Assembly (NCBI GenBank): GCA_964479125.1
Contig: CAYZJK010000002.1
Location: 1-56,415 of the forward strand
Length of the DNA stretch: 56,415 nt
Source: an uncultured Candidatus Saccharibacteria bacterium
Lineage (GTDB): Bacteria; Patescibacteriota; Saccharimonadia; Saccharimonadales; Saccharimonadaceae
Direction of reading: 5' to 3'
The position numbers and the translations under genes were made by a program. The notes under the pieces were generated by a model, which saw only the letters and a list, made by a program, of their open reading frames with translations, searched no databases and was not told the origin of the DNA. Below are positions 43,373 to 52,643 of the stretch, piece by piece (positions within the stretch are counted from its first letter, which is position 1; each line of letters starts with the position of its first letter).

Positions 43373-43479
43373 TGTTATAATAGATATAACATTAATTGGA
43401 GGTGGAAGGTGATAGATGAGAACGATTAACTACTATCGTTTACACCTGTTACTTTCTACCTAATTAAAAGGAGACTCAA
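43373..43479 (+). promoter_or_regulatory. pnp promoter (TGtTATAAT) and structured 5' leader with a long imperfect hairpin
   Basis: TGTTATAAT at 43373-43381. GGTGGAAGG (43401-43409) pairs with CTTTCTACC (43452-43460), with inner pairs GATAG/CTATC and GGTG/CACC. SD AAGGAG follows at 43468-43473. A small CCGCAC/GTGCGG hairpin at 43348-43365 lies after rpsO. Confidence 0.5.
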
Positions 43480-45600
43480 ATGAGTAAAGTTATTAATCCA
43501 AGAGGAAAAGAGATTATATCTGTCACTAAAGAATTTTGTGGCAAGCCTCTAACTCTTGAAGTAAATAGAATGGGCTTTAGGTCTACTGCCAGCGTACTAG
43601 TTAAGTACGGTGAAACAGTAGTGCTTGGTACTGTTCAAATCAGCAATAAAACACTTGATATGGATTACTTCCCGCTATCGGTTGATTACGAAGAAAAGTT
43701 CTATGCAAGTGGTAAAATTTCTTCTTCAAGGTTTATTAAGAGGGAAGGTCGTCCAAGTGATGAGGCGATTTTAATTGGCCGAATTATTGACCGACCAATT
43801 CGACCGCTATTCCCTAAGGGGTATCGACAAGAAGTTCAGGTGGTAGCAACTGTTCTATCTATGGATCCAGAGTTCCGTCCAGATATGGTGGCTATGATCG
43901 CAGCTTCAAGCGCACTAACTCTTAGCGGTGCGCCATTTGATGGTCCAGTAGCAGGACTACGAGTTGGGCGAGTAGATGGTGAGTTTAGGGCGTTTCTAAA
44001 CACTGAAGAGCGAGAGAAGAGTGATCTTGATCTGGTGGTAGCCGGCATTGAAAGCGGTATCACTATGGTTGAGGCGGCTGCCAATGAAGTATCTGAGGAC
44101 ACAGTTGTAGAAGGTCTTGCTTGGGCTCACGAGCAAATGCAGCCAGCAATTGAACTACAAAAAGAGTTGCGCGACATTATTCAGCCGGTCGCTCAGTCTT
44201 ACAGCCTGCAGCTTCCAATCGAGTCAATTGCCGAAGAGGCAGCTGCTTGGACAGAGGGTCGCTTAGGAGTAAATATCCGTAAGCCATATCCTTACTACAA
44301 CGATGCTGTACAAGAGCTTCGAGATCAGTTCCATGTTGATATGGCCGATAAGTATGGTGAAGAGTACGCTAGTATGCGTGAAGATTACGATAACGCCTTT
44401 ACTTCTGTTGTTCAGAAGGATGCAAGGCGCGGTATCGTCGAAGAGAACGTCCGGCCTGATGGTCGAGCCCTAGATGAGGTGCGACAGCTATCAAGTGATG
44501 TTGGTATATTGCCACGTGCTCACGGATCAAGCTTGTTTACACGTGGTGTAACTCAAGCTCTAAACGTAGTTACTCTTGCTCCACTTAGCCTAGCTCAATT
44601 AGTTGACACTATGGAGGTGACAGACGGACTTAGGCGCTATATGCACCACTACAACGCTCCAGGATGGACCGTAGGAGAGGTTAAGCGACTCGGGTCACCT
44701 GGTCGACGTGAAATTGGGCATGGCTATCTCGCTGAGAGGGCAATTGCTCCAGTGCTGCCTAGTGAAGAGGATTTCCCGTACGCAATCCGAAGTGTGACCG
44801 AGATTATGAGTCAGAATGGTTCAACTTCAATGGCGGCTACTTGTTCAAGCTGTCTAGCTCTTATGGATGCGGGTGTGCCACTTAAGCGGCCAGTTTCAGG
44901 TATTGCTATGGGTCTAATGATGGATGGTGGCACACCATATGTATTAACTGATATTGCAGACGCTGAAGACTTTGCTGGTGATATGGACTTCAAGATTGCT
45001 GGTACCGAAGAGGGTATTACAGCTATCCAGATGGACATGAAAGTACACGGACTTCCAGTTGAAGTTCTACGCGAAGCAATCTCAAAGGCTAAGGCTGGTC
45101 GAATGACTATCCTTGAGCACATGATCGAAACTATTTCTGAGCCTCGCAATGAGATTAGTAAATATGCTCCTCAAATTGAGAAGATTATGATCAACCCAGA
45201 TAAGATCGGTGCAGTTATCGGCAAGGGTGGTGAGATGATTAACAAGATCACCTCAGAGACTGGTGCTCAGGTAGACATTCGAGATGATGGTTTGATTACT
45301 GTTTCTGCGACAGACTTTGATAAGATTACAGATGCCCTAAACTGGATTCGCGGCCTTACCGAAGAGCCTGAAGTTGGTAAGATTTACCGAGGAAGGGTTG
45401 CAAGTATTAAAGACTTCGGTGCGTTCGTAACTATCCTGCCTGGAATCGATGGAATGGTTCACATCTCTCAACTTTCAGATGAGAGGGTGGAGAAGGTGAC
45501 TGATGTTCTAAGTGAAGGCCAGGAAGTAGACGTAAAGCTGGTTGGGATTGATGAGCGCGGCCGACTAAGCCTAAGTATTAAGCAAATAAACGACAAATAA
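43480..45600 (+). CDS. pnp: Polyribonucleotide nucleotidyltransferase (PNPase)
   Basis: Two RNase PH domains, a KH domain (IGKGGEMINKI) and an S1 domain (GKIYRGRVASIKDFGAFV). Confidence 0.95.
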   Translation: MSKVINPRGKEIISVTKEFCGKPLTLEVNRMGFRSTASVLVKYGETVVLGTVQISNKTLDMDYFPLSVDYEEKFYASGKISSSRFIKREGRPSDEAILIGRIIDRPIRPLFPKGYRQEVQVVATVLSMDPEFRPDMVAMIAASSALTLSGAPFDGPVAGLRVGRVDGEFRAFLNTEEREKSDLDLVVAGIESGITMVEAAANEVSEDTVVEGLAWAHEQMQPAIELQKELRDIIQPVAQSYSLQLPIESIAEEAAAWTEGRLGVNIRKPYPYYNDAVQELRDQFHVDMADKYGEEYASMREDYDNAFTSVVQKDARRGIVEENVRPDGRALDEVRQLSSDVGILPRAHGSSLFTRGVTQALNVVTLAPLSLAQLVDTMEVTDGLRRYMHHYNAPGWTVGEVKRLGSPGRREIGHGYLAERAIAPVLPSEEDFPYAIRSVTEIMSQNGSTSMAATCSSCLALMDAGVPLKRPVSGIAMGLMMDGGTPYVLTDIADAEDFAGDMDFKIAGTEEGITAIQMDMKVHGLPVEVLREAISKAKAGRMTILEHMIETISEPRNEISKYAPQIEKIMINPDKIGAVIGKGGEMINKITSETGAQVDIRDDGLITVSATDFDKITDALNWIRGLTEEPEVGKIYRGRVASIKDFGAFVTILPGIDGMVHISQLSDERVEKVTDVLSEGQEVDVKLVGIDERGRLSLSIKQINDK

Positions 45601-45604
45601 ATAG

Positions 45605-46180
45605 ATGGATAAGCAGCAGTTACTCGACACTCTAGCTAGAGGAATTGAGTCAGATCAGCTGCTTAGTGAGCTAAGAGAGTCCGCCACTCAAATAGTAAGA
45701 GGGGCGGGCTCTTTTAATGCAAAAGTTTTGTTCATAGGCGAGGCGCCCGGTAAGAAAGAGGATGAGACTGGTCAGCCATTTGTAGGTGCGAGTGGTAAGA
45801 TTTTAGATCAGGGCTTAGAGGCAGCAGGTTTGAGTAGGGATGAGGTATATATTACCAATATAGTTAAATACCGGCCTTTAAATAATAGAGACCCTTCTAA
45901 ACAGGAGAAGAGCACTTCGTGGCCATACTTACTAAGAGAAATAGAAATTATTCAGCCAAAGATTATCGCTCCGCTCGGCAGACATAGCTTGTCTATTGTC
46001 CTACCTGACGCGAAAATCGGTCAAGATCATGGCAGGCCAATTAACGTAACTCTGAGCGGAAGAGATTATACTGTCGTGCCTCTATATCATCCGGCGGCAA
46101 CTATCTATAACCGAACACTGAGAGAATCTTTCTTTACCGACCTAGTTAACCTAGGTAAGATACTCGAGTCATTAAATTGA
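45605..46180 (+). CDS. Uracil-DNA glycosylase, family 4-like, cysteine-free
   Basis: Motif A GEAPGKKEDETGQPFVGASG and the motif B region HPAA. There is no Cys anywhere in the 191 aa. Confidence 0.8.
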   Translation: MDKQQLLDTLARGIESDQLLSELRESATQIVRGAGSFNAKVLFIGEAPGKKEDETGQPFVGASGKILDQGLEAAGLSRDEVYITNIVKYRPLNNRDPSKQEKSTSWPYLLREIEIIQPKIIAPLGRHSLSIVLPDAKIGQDHGRPINVTLSGRDYTVVPLYHPAATIYNRTLRESFFTDLVNLGKILESLN

Positions 46181-46304
46181 CCATCCATAGATAAGTTGCT
46201 ATAATGAGAGAACTTCAAGGTATATTCAATTAACCGAATACCTCTATCTCGACAATAAATTTTGATAAGGTATCATTTACAAAAAAACAAGGAGACATAA
46301 GTCA

Positions 46305-48440
46305 ATGGGTCAAAGAAGACTCTCAGAAACTCAAGCGGATGACTTGAGTAAGCGGCCGCAGAATAATCAGGCCAAGAAGAAATCAAACATCGCTGCTTTA
46401 AATAACACTAATACTCGAAAGGGTGAGGTGTTTCGAGCTCAGCGACGTGTATCAGAGAATGTGAACGCCCGTGCTAGTCAGCACATGGTAGATATTCCTG
46501 TGAATAAATCACTCTATAACGGTTACGGCGGTAAGCAGTTTAGCCTTGCCGAGTGGCGTCGCCAGCCTAAAACTAAGGCTCCACACCTAAAGGTTATTCC
46601 AATCGGTGGACTTGGTGAAATGGGTATTGGTAAGAATATGATGGCAATCGAATATGATAATGAGATTGTTGTGGTCGACATGGGATTCCTATTCCCTGGT
46701 GCAGATTATCCAGGTATCAACTACATCACACCTGACATTACTTACTTACTTGAGAATAAGCACAAGATTAGGGCGCACGTCTTTACACACGGACACCTAG
46801 ATCACATCGGATCATTTAGGCACTTTATTCACCAGATTCCAGCTCCAGTTTACGCATCACAGTTTACTACTAGTATGCTGAAGCGAAATATGGAAGAGAG
46901 TAGTACCGGTTTTGAGCCTGAGTATAACGTCATGGATCCAAACGCGCACGAGATTGTTCGAGTGGGTGACCACTTTACCATTGAGCTGGTACGGGTTAAC
47001 CACTCGATTCCAGATTCAACTGCTGTAGTTATCCGTACTCCAGTTGGCGTACTTGTTAACACTGGTGACTGGCGCTTCGAAGAGGAGCCGCTAGATGGTC
47101 AGAAGTTTGACCTAGAGCGACTAACCGAGATTTCGGCTAAGGAAGGTATTACTCTTCTAATGAATGAGAGTACCAACTGTGAAAGCGAAGGTACTCATAC
47201 TCACGGCGAGCCTGAGATTCAGGAAAGTATTTCTCAAATCATGGATAAGTTTGAGAATAATCGTCTAATTATTAGCTGTTTTAGTTCTCAGATTCACCGT
47301 ATTCAGGGAATTCTAGAGCAGGCTAAGAAGAATAACCGTAAGGTAGCCTTTGCTGGATACAGTATGATTCAGAACATCGAAGTTGCTCTTAGGGCGGGCG
47401 TTATCAAGGTTCCTAAAGACGTTATTGTAAAGATGGAAGACCTAGTTAAATATCCTGACGGACAGTTTGCAATTATCTGTACTGGTTCACAGGGTGAATT
47501 CAATGCGGTCCTTAACCGAATGGCTACTGGCGCTCACCGACACGTTAAGATTAAGAACACTGACGTAGTGGTATTTAGCTCAAATGCTATTCCAGGCAAC
47601 GAGAAGTATGTTGTGCGAACAGTTGACGGCTTGATGCGTGAAGGTTCAACTGTTATCCAGAACGGCAAGACTCACTTAACTGGTGTTGGTCCGCTACACG
47701 TTTCAGGTCACGGTTATTATGATGATCACGTTAAGCTAATTAACGCCTTAAATCCTACTTACTACATGCCTATTCACGGTGAATTCCACATGCTCGTGCA
47801 TAACGCAGGATTAGCCGAAAAGGAGTGTGCAATTCCTAGGGATAATATTTTTGTCTGTGACCCAGGTGATGTCATTGAGATAACTAATGATAGCGCACGC
47901 AAGAACGGACGTATTCAAGTTGGTGGTGTAATGTATGACGATAGTGGCTCAGTGGTTAGTGAGGTAGTCCTTAAGGATCGAATTCACATGAGCAACGAAG
48001 GTATCTTCGTAGTTGTGTTAACTATGCAGCGAGGATCTGGTCGATTACTAACTAGCCCAGACATTATTAGCCGAGGATTTATCTATCTTCGAGACTCAGA
48101 AGAGCTTATGAACTTGATTCGTCAGTATCTAAAGCAGAAAATGTCTCGTGTTAATTCAGGTAAGAAGCTGGACGTTGATGTACTTAAGAAAGAGATTAAG
48201 GACGAGGTGGGGCATCTATTATACGATCAAACCAGGCGGACGCCGATCGTTATCCCAGTAATTAACGAAATTGGCGGTGGATCTCAGAATCGTTCAACAG
48301 GTAAGACCGCTAATAATTCTGGTAAAGCAAACAAAGATGGTGAATTCAAGAAACCAGCTCCAAAGAAGTTCCCAGCTAAGCAGTATCCTGACACTGAAGT
48401 GGCAGAGCCTAAAGTTAAGCCACACGGCCGAGCATACTAA
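46305..48440 (+). CDS. rnj: Ribonuclease J with basic N- and C-terminal extensions
   Basis: Metallo-beta-lactamase HTHGHLDHIG and the beta-CASP region. About 95 aa of N-terminal and 70 aa of C-terminal K/R-rich extensions. AAGGAG RBS. Confidence 0.9.
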   Translation: MGQRRLSETQADDLSKRPQNNQAKKKSNIAALNNTNTRKGEVFRAQRRVSENVNARASQHMVDIPVNKSLYNGYGGKQFSLAEWRRQPKTKAPHLKVIPIGGLGEMGIGKNMMAIEYDNEIVVVDMGFLFPGADYPGINYITPDITYLLENKHKIRAHVFTHGHLDHIGSFRHFIHQIPAPVYASQFTTSMLKRNMEESSTGFEPEYNVMDPNAHEIVRVGDHFTIELVRVNHSIPDSTAVVIRTPVGVLVNTGDWRFEEEPLDGQKFDLERLTEISAKEGITLLMNESTNCESEGTHTHGEPEIQESISQIMDKFENNRLIISCFSSQIHRIQGILEQAKKNNRKVAFAGYSMIQNIEVALRAGVIKVPKDVIVKMEDLVKYPDGQFAIICTGSQGEFNAVLNRMATGAHRHVKIKNTDVVVFSSNAIPGNEKYVVRTVDGLMREGSTVIQNGKTHLTGVGPLHVSGHGYYDDHVKLINALNPTYYMPIHGEFHMLVHNAGLAEKECAIPRDNIFVCDPGDVIEITNDSARKNGRIQVGGVMYDDSGSVVSEVVLKDRIHMSNEGIFVVVLTMQRGSGRLLTSPDIISRGFIYLRDSEELMNLIRQYLKQKMSRVNSGKKLDVDVLKKEIKDEVGHLLYDQTRRTPIVIPVINEIGGGSQNRSTGKTANNSGKANKDGEFKKPAPKKFPAKQYPDTEVAEPKVKPHGRAY

Positions 48441-48464
48441 CCTCTTACGATAAGCATAAGTGCC

Positions 48465-48493
48465 TTGCAAAATGTGGTATTTATTGCTATAAT
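48465..48493 (+). promoter_or_regulatory. Consensus sigma-70 promoter TTGCAA-17-TATAAT upstream of ftsK
   Basis: TTGCAA at 48465-48470, 17-nt spacer, TATAAT at 48488-48493. A second TATAAT at 48521-48526 lies 8 nt before ATG 48535. Confidence 0.55.
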
Positions 48494-48534
48494 ATAGCTT
48501 ATTAATCTTCGTCTGAAGAGTATAATAAAAATCT

Positions 48535-50826
48535 ATGGCAGCTAAAAAACGAAAACCAGCAAAGAAAAACTCCCGCAGTAAAAAGCAGCAGAAGCCAGAG
48601 CATCGTCTTCCTGCCGGCTTTTGGGCTCAAACCGGAGCGGTAGTATTACTGTTAATCGCTATTTTACAGGTAGTGACTTGGTTTGATGCGGGTGGCCCAG
48701 TTCTTGATTGGATACACGCACGAGCACTCACTTTAATAGGGTGGGCTGCTTTTGCGTTGCCGCCAATCTTTATCTTCTGTGCAGTAGAGATATTTAAGCA
48801 AGAAGAAAATAAAGTACCGCTTGTTACTAAGATCGGTTCATTCTTAACAGTTATTTGGCTGTCAGGTCTGTTTGGACTTATGGAAGACAGGCGGGGCAAC
48901 CCAACCGGAGGATGGTTAGGTGAGTTACTTAATAACTCAGTTATGCTGCCTCTGGTTAGTAGCTCAGTAGCAGTTCTGATTTACGCCGTCTTAATCTTCC
49001 TAAGTATCCTAGCTATCGTAAGGGCTGCTCCTAATGACATCATTAAGCGCATTGTTGAGTGGAGTCAGTCTAACCTTAAGGAAGAAGAACGTAGTAATAA
49101 GAAGACAGCTGATAAGTTAGCTAAGGAGGAGTCTCCAAAGAAAACTCCACTGCTTAAATTTGGCGGAGGGCCTGATAAGCCTGAGAAGACAACTGAAGTC
49201 GATGGTGGATTCAAAATTGACAAAGGTGTGCCTATCGAGGGTGACGACAAGGTTGAGAAAAAGAAGAAGCCAGGGCGATCTAGCTTCCAGGGGACAGTTG
49301 AGTCTGATCCAGTAGCCGAATCGGCCCCTGCTTTAGTGTCAGTTTCAAATCCAGACTGGGTTGCTCCTAGTCTTGATATTCTAGAGAAAAAGCAGTCCCC
49401 GGCTAATACAGGTGACATTAATGATAATGCGCAAACTATTAAACAGACCCTATCTGAATTTAATATTGAAGCAGAGATGGAGTCAGCTAATATCGGACCA
49501 AAGGTAACTCAGTATAAGCTTCGACCACCAAGTGGTGTCCGACTTTCACGTATTAGCGCTCTAGAGCCAAACATCGCTCTTAACTTGGGTGCTACCAGTA
49601 TTCGTATTGAAGCTCCAATCCCTGGTCAAAAGGCTGTTGGTATTGAAGTGCCTAACCTTAAGGCAGCTGATGTCCGTCTATATGGAGTCTTAACTTCGCC
49701 TAAATGGAAGTCTTCTAAGGAACCTCTTACCTTCGCTATTGGAAAAGATATATCTGGCGAGCCGGTAGTAGGCGAGCTTAATAAAATGCCTCACCTGCTG
49801 ATTGCAGGTCAGACCGGATCTGGTAAGTCGGTGATGATTAACACGCTTCTATCAAGTCTTTTATATCGCAATAGCCCTAGTGAGATGAAGCTAATTCTGG
49901 TTGACCCTAAGCAGGTAGAAATGGCTGCTTATGAAGATATCCCACACCTTCTAACTCCAGTTATTAACGAGCCAGAAAAGACGATTAGCGCTCTTAAGTG
50001 GGCGGTTAATGAGATGGAGCGAAGATACAAGCTATTAGCTAGCGAGAAGATTAAAGATATTAAGACCTATAACAAGCACTTGCAGCAACGTGGTCGACGC
50101 ATTAGTGTTGAAGATGATTCTGGACACATGCAAGAGCATGAAGAAGGTGCTATGCCATATATCGTAATCGTTATTGACGAGTTAGCTGACTTGATGATGG
50201 TGGCGGCTCGTGATGTTGAAGGACTTATTGTACGTCTAGCTCAGAAGGCGCGTGCAGTTGGTATCCACCTGGTGCTTGCTACTCAGCGACCGAGTGTTAA
50301 CGTTATTACCGGTCTGATTAAGGCTAACGTTCCAGCTCGTATCGCCTTTACGGTGGCCTCTCAGGTAGACTCACGAACGATTCTAGATATGGCTGGGGCG
50401 GAAAAGCTACTGGGACAAGGTGATATGCTTATGAAAACTGCTCAAATGGCCAAACCTCGCCGTATCCAGGGCGCCTGGGTGACTGATGAAGAAGTTGCTA
50501 AGATTACTAAACATCTGTGTGACCAATCAGCGCCGCAGTACAATGATGAGATTGTATCTCAGCCTGTCCAGATCAATGGTAAGGGTGGAGTAGTGATGGA
50601 CTTTGATAGCGATGGGGAAGGCCTAGATGATGTCTATAAAGACGCTGTAAAGATAGTGGTAGATAGCAAGAAAGCAAGCGCTAGCCTCCTTCAGCGGCGT
50701 TTGAGGATAGGTTATTCAAGAGCATCACGAGTGATGGATCAACTAGAAGAGCAGGGTGTGATCGGCCCAGCTGACGGCGCAAGGCCACGAGAAGTGCTAA
50801 TCAATAGCGTTGATGAATTAGAGTAG
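48535..50826 (+). CDS. ftsK: DNA translocase FtsK/SpoIIIE
   Basis: N-terminal TM helices, Walker A GQTGSGKS, Walker B VIVIDELADL, and the gamma domain LLQRRLRIGYSRASRVMDQLEEQGVIGP. Confidence 0.95.
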   Translation: MAAKKRKPAKKNSRSKKQQKPEHRLPAGFWAQTGAVVLLLIAILQVVTWFDAGGPVLDWIHARALTLIGWAAFALPPIFIFCAVEIFKQEENKVPLVTKIGSFLTVIWLSGLFGLMEDRRGNPTGGWLGELLNNSVMLPLVSSSVAVLIYAVLIFLSILAIVRAAPNDIIKRIVEWSQSNLKEEERSNKKTADKLAKEESPKKTPLLKFGGGPDKPEKTTEVDGGFKIDKGVPIEGDDKVEKKKKPGRSSFQGTVESDPVAESAPALVSVSNPDWVAPSLDILEKKQSPANTGDINDNAQTIKQTLSEFNIEAEMESANIGPKVTQYKLRPPSGVRLSRISALEPNIALNLGATSIRIEAPIPGQKAVGIEVPNLKAADVRLYGVLTSPKWKSSKEPLTFAIGKDISGEPVVGELNKMPHLLIAGQTGSGKSVMINTLLSSLLYRNSPSEMKLILVDPKQVEMAAYEDIPHLLTPVINEPEKTISALKWAVNEMERRYKLLASEKIKDIKTYNKHLQQRGRRISVEDDSGHMQEHEEGAMPYIVIVIDELADLMMVAARDVEGLIVRLAQKARAVGIHLVLATQRPSVNVITGLIKANVPARIAFTVASQVDSRTILDMAGAEKLLGQGDMLMKTAQMAKPRRIQGAWVTDEEVAKITKHLCDQSAPQYNDEIVSQPVQINGKGGVVMDFDSDGEGLDDVYKDAVKIVVDSKKASASLLQRRLRIGYSRASRVMDQLEEQGVIGPADGARPREVLINSVDELE

Positions 50827-50844
50827 TAGCACTTTACTGACTAT

Positions 50845-50877
50845 TTAAGACCCTACCCCCTAGCGGTAGGGTCTTAA
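50845..50877 (+). terminator. Stem-loop terminator after ftsK
   Basis: TTAAGACCCTACC-ccctagc-GGTAGGGTCTTAA, a 13-bp perfect stem with a weak T tract. Confidence 0.6.
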
Positions 50878-50880
50878 ATA

Positions 50881-50955
50881 TGCTATGATATACCCATTAT
50901 TAAAGCTAAGCTTACAGGGAGTGTAAGCGTCCGAAAGGATTCCAAGAGGACACGT
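50881..50955 (+). promoter_or_regulatory. rpsF promoter (TGcTATGAT) and structured leader that can pair with the SD
   Basis: TGCTATGAT at 50881-50889. Hairpin GCTTACA-gggag-TGTAAGC at 50910-50928. GTCC (50929-50932) can pair with GGAC (50948-50951), which overlaps SD AGAGGA. Confidence 0.35.
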
Positions 50956-51309
50956 ATGAAACAGTACGAATTATCAGTACTATTCCGTCCTGAGCTTGAA
51001 GAGAATATCGACGAGGCAATCTCGAGCGTTAAATCTATCATAGAGCAGGCTGGTGGTACAGTAACAAAAGAAGATAATAGTGGTAAAAAGCGGCTTGCTT
51101 ATCAAATCAACAAAGAAGACTTCGCAGTATATGTATACTTCGATCTAGAGCTTCCAGCTGATGCACCGCTAAAGATTAGCAATACACTAAATATCACTGA
51201 CAGTGTAATGCGATACCTGCTAGTAACAGCAGACGTAAAGGGCCGAGCAGCGCTTGCAGAAGAAGCATCACGTGCAGCTAGCCAAGAACAGTCAGAATCA
51301 AACGAGTAA
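50956..51309 (+). CDS. rpsF: 30S ribosomal protein S6
   Basis: MKQYELSVLFRPEL...RLAYQINK pattern of bS6, with an acidic C-terminal tail. Confidence 0.9.
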   Translation: MKQYELSVLFRPELEENIDEAISSVKSIIEQAGGTVTKEDNSGKKRLAYQINKEDFAVYVYFDLELPADAPLKISNTLNITDSVMRYLLVTADVKGRAALAEEASRAASQEQSESNE

Positions 51310-51344
51310 TTAAATCATTTCATTTCAGATAGAGGGAGTTTAGA

Positions 51345-51776
51345 ATGGCGAGGTCAATTAATCAGGTTATACTTATGGGTCGGTTAACTCACGATCCAGA
51401 AATGCGAACAACTCCAAGTGGTAAGAATGTTTGTACATTCTCAATCGCTGTTGATCGCATGACTAGGGATGACCAAGCAGATTTTTTCAGCGTAACAGCG
51501 TGGGAAAAGACTGCTGAACTTGTTAATCAGTACCTCTCAAAGGGTAGTCGATGTCTAGTACAAGGCCGACTCCGCCAAGAATCATGGGAAGATAAGGAAA
51601 CTGGCAAGCGACGCTCTCGAGTAGAAGTTGTAGCTAACGATGTTACTTTCCTAGATAGCCCAGGCGGTGGCGGATCAGGTCGTTCAGACGACGCTGGTTC
51701 ATCAAAATCTGACAAGGATGTCTCTCCAGTAGATGTAGACGACTCTCCAATTGATCTATCTGAAATACCATTTTAA
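51345..51776 (+). CDS. ssb: Single-stranded DNA-binding protein
   Basis: OB-fold N-terminus INQVILMGRLTHDPEMRTTPSGKNVCTFSIAV, a Gly-rich linker, and the acidic tip DLSEIPF. Confidence 0.95.
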   Translation: MARSINQVILMGRLTHDPEMRTTPSGKNVCTFSIAVDRMTRDDQADFFSVTAWEKTAELVNQYLSKGSRCLVQGRLRQESWEDKETGKRRSRVEVVANDVTFLDSPGGGGSGRSDDAGSSKSDKDVSPVDVDDSPIDLSEIPF

Positions 51777-51786
51777 GGAGTAAAAT

Positions 51787-51987
51787 ATGTCACGACGATT
51801 TAAGAAAGAAATCCCTGCATACTTTGACTATCGGGATGTAAAGACACTACAGCGCTTTATTGACTCATACGGCAAGATCGAACCGGTTGGTAAGTCGGGC
51901 CTATCAGTTAAGCAGCAGCGACAGCTAGCTGTGGCTATCAAGCGAGCTAGGCACCTAGCACTGCTACCATTCGTAGCTAACAATTAG
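51787..51987 (+). CDS. rpsR: 30S ribosomal protein S18
   Basis: [20 protein letters not shown]...[19 protein letters not shown] is the bS18 signature. Confidence 0.95.
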   Translation: MSRRFKKEIPAYFDYRDVKTLQRFIDSYGKIEPVGKSGLSVKQQRQLAVAIKRARHLALLPFVANN

Positions 51988-52037
51988 GGCTAGATTAGAG
52001 CGCACCATCTAGTTGATGGTGCGCTCGATATCTAGCC
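51988..52037 (+). terminator. Long stem-loop after the rpsF-ssb-rpsR operon
   Basis: Inner stem GAGCGCACCATC/GATGGTGCGCTC (51998-52026) extended by GGCTAGAT/ATCTAGCC (51988-52037). There is no clear T tract. Confidence 0.55.
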
Positions 52038-52062
52038 ATAATTTATCAATGAAGGAGATTTA

Positions 52063-52623
52063 ATGTATCAACCAACTGACCTTAAAAAAGGTGTTGTATG
52101 TCAAATTGATGGAAAGCCATTCCGTGTTATTGAATATTCTCAAAAAGTTATGGGACGAGGTGGATCTATCGTCAACGTTAAGCTTAAGAATTTAATTGAT
52201 GGAAGTGTAATTCCTAAAACCTTTAAAGGTCAGGAAAAAATTGAGCCAGCAGAAGTTACCAATAAGACTGCTCAGTACCTATATAACACAGGTGACACAT
52301 ACCACTTCATGGACCCTGATACCTTCGAGCAGTTTGAGCTACCAGATGAAACAGTTGAAGATGCTAAAGACTACCTAAAAGAGGGAGACGCAATCTCTTT
52401 ACAGTTCTTTGATGGTAAGGTAATTCAAGTGGTTCTTCCTAAGAACCTATTCCTAGAGGTAACCTACACTGAGGATGTGGTTAAAGGTGATACCACTAGC
52501 AGTGTATTAAAGGATGCTACCCTTGAAACAGGTAAGGTTGTTAAAGTGCCTGCCTTTATCAAGACCGGTGATGTTATCAGTGTTGATACTGAAACTGGCG
52601 AATACCGCGAACGTAAAAAATAA
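52063..52623 (+). CDS. efp: Elongation factor P (Arg32 type)
   Basis: KGVVCQIDGKPFRVIEYSQKVMGRGGSIVNVKLKNL. The tip-loop residue aligned to E. coli K34 is R32 (CGA at 52156-52158). AAGGAG RBS. Confidence 0.95.
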   Translation: MYQPTDLKKGVVCQIDGKPFRVIEYSQKVMGRGGSIVNVKLKNLIDGSVIPKTFKGQEKIEPAEVTNKTAQYLYNTGDTYHFMDPDTFEQFELPDETVEDAKDYLKEGDAISLQFFDGKVIQVVLPKNLFLEVTYTEDVVKGDTTSSVLKDATLETGKVVKVPAFIKTGDVISVDTETGEYRERKK

Positions 52624-52643
52624 CTTGTATAGTTAAGGGGGTA

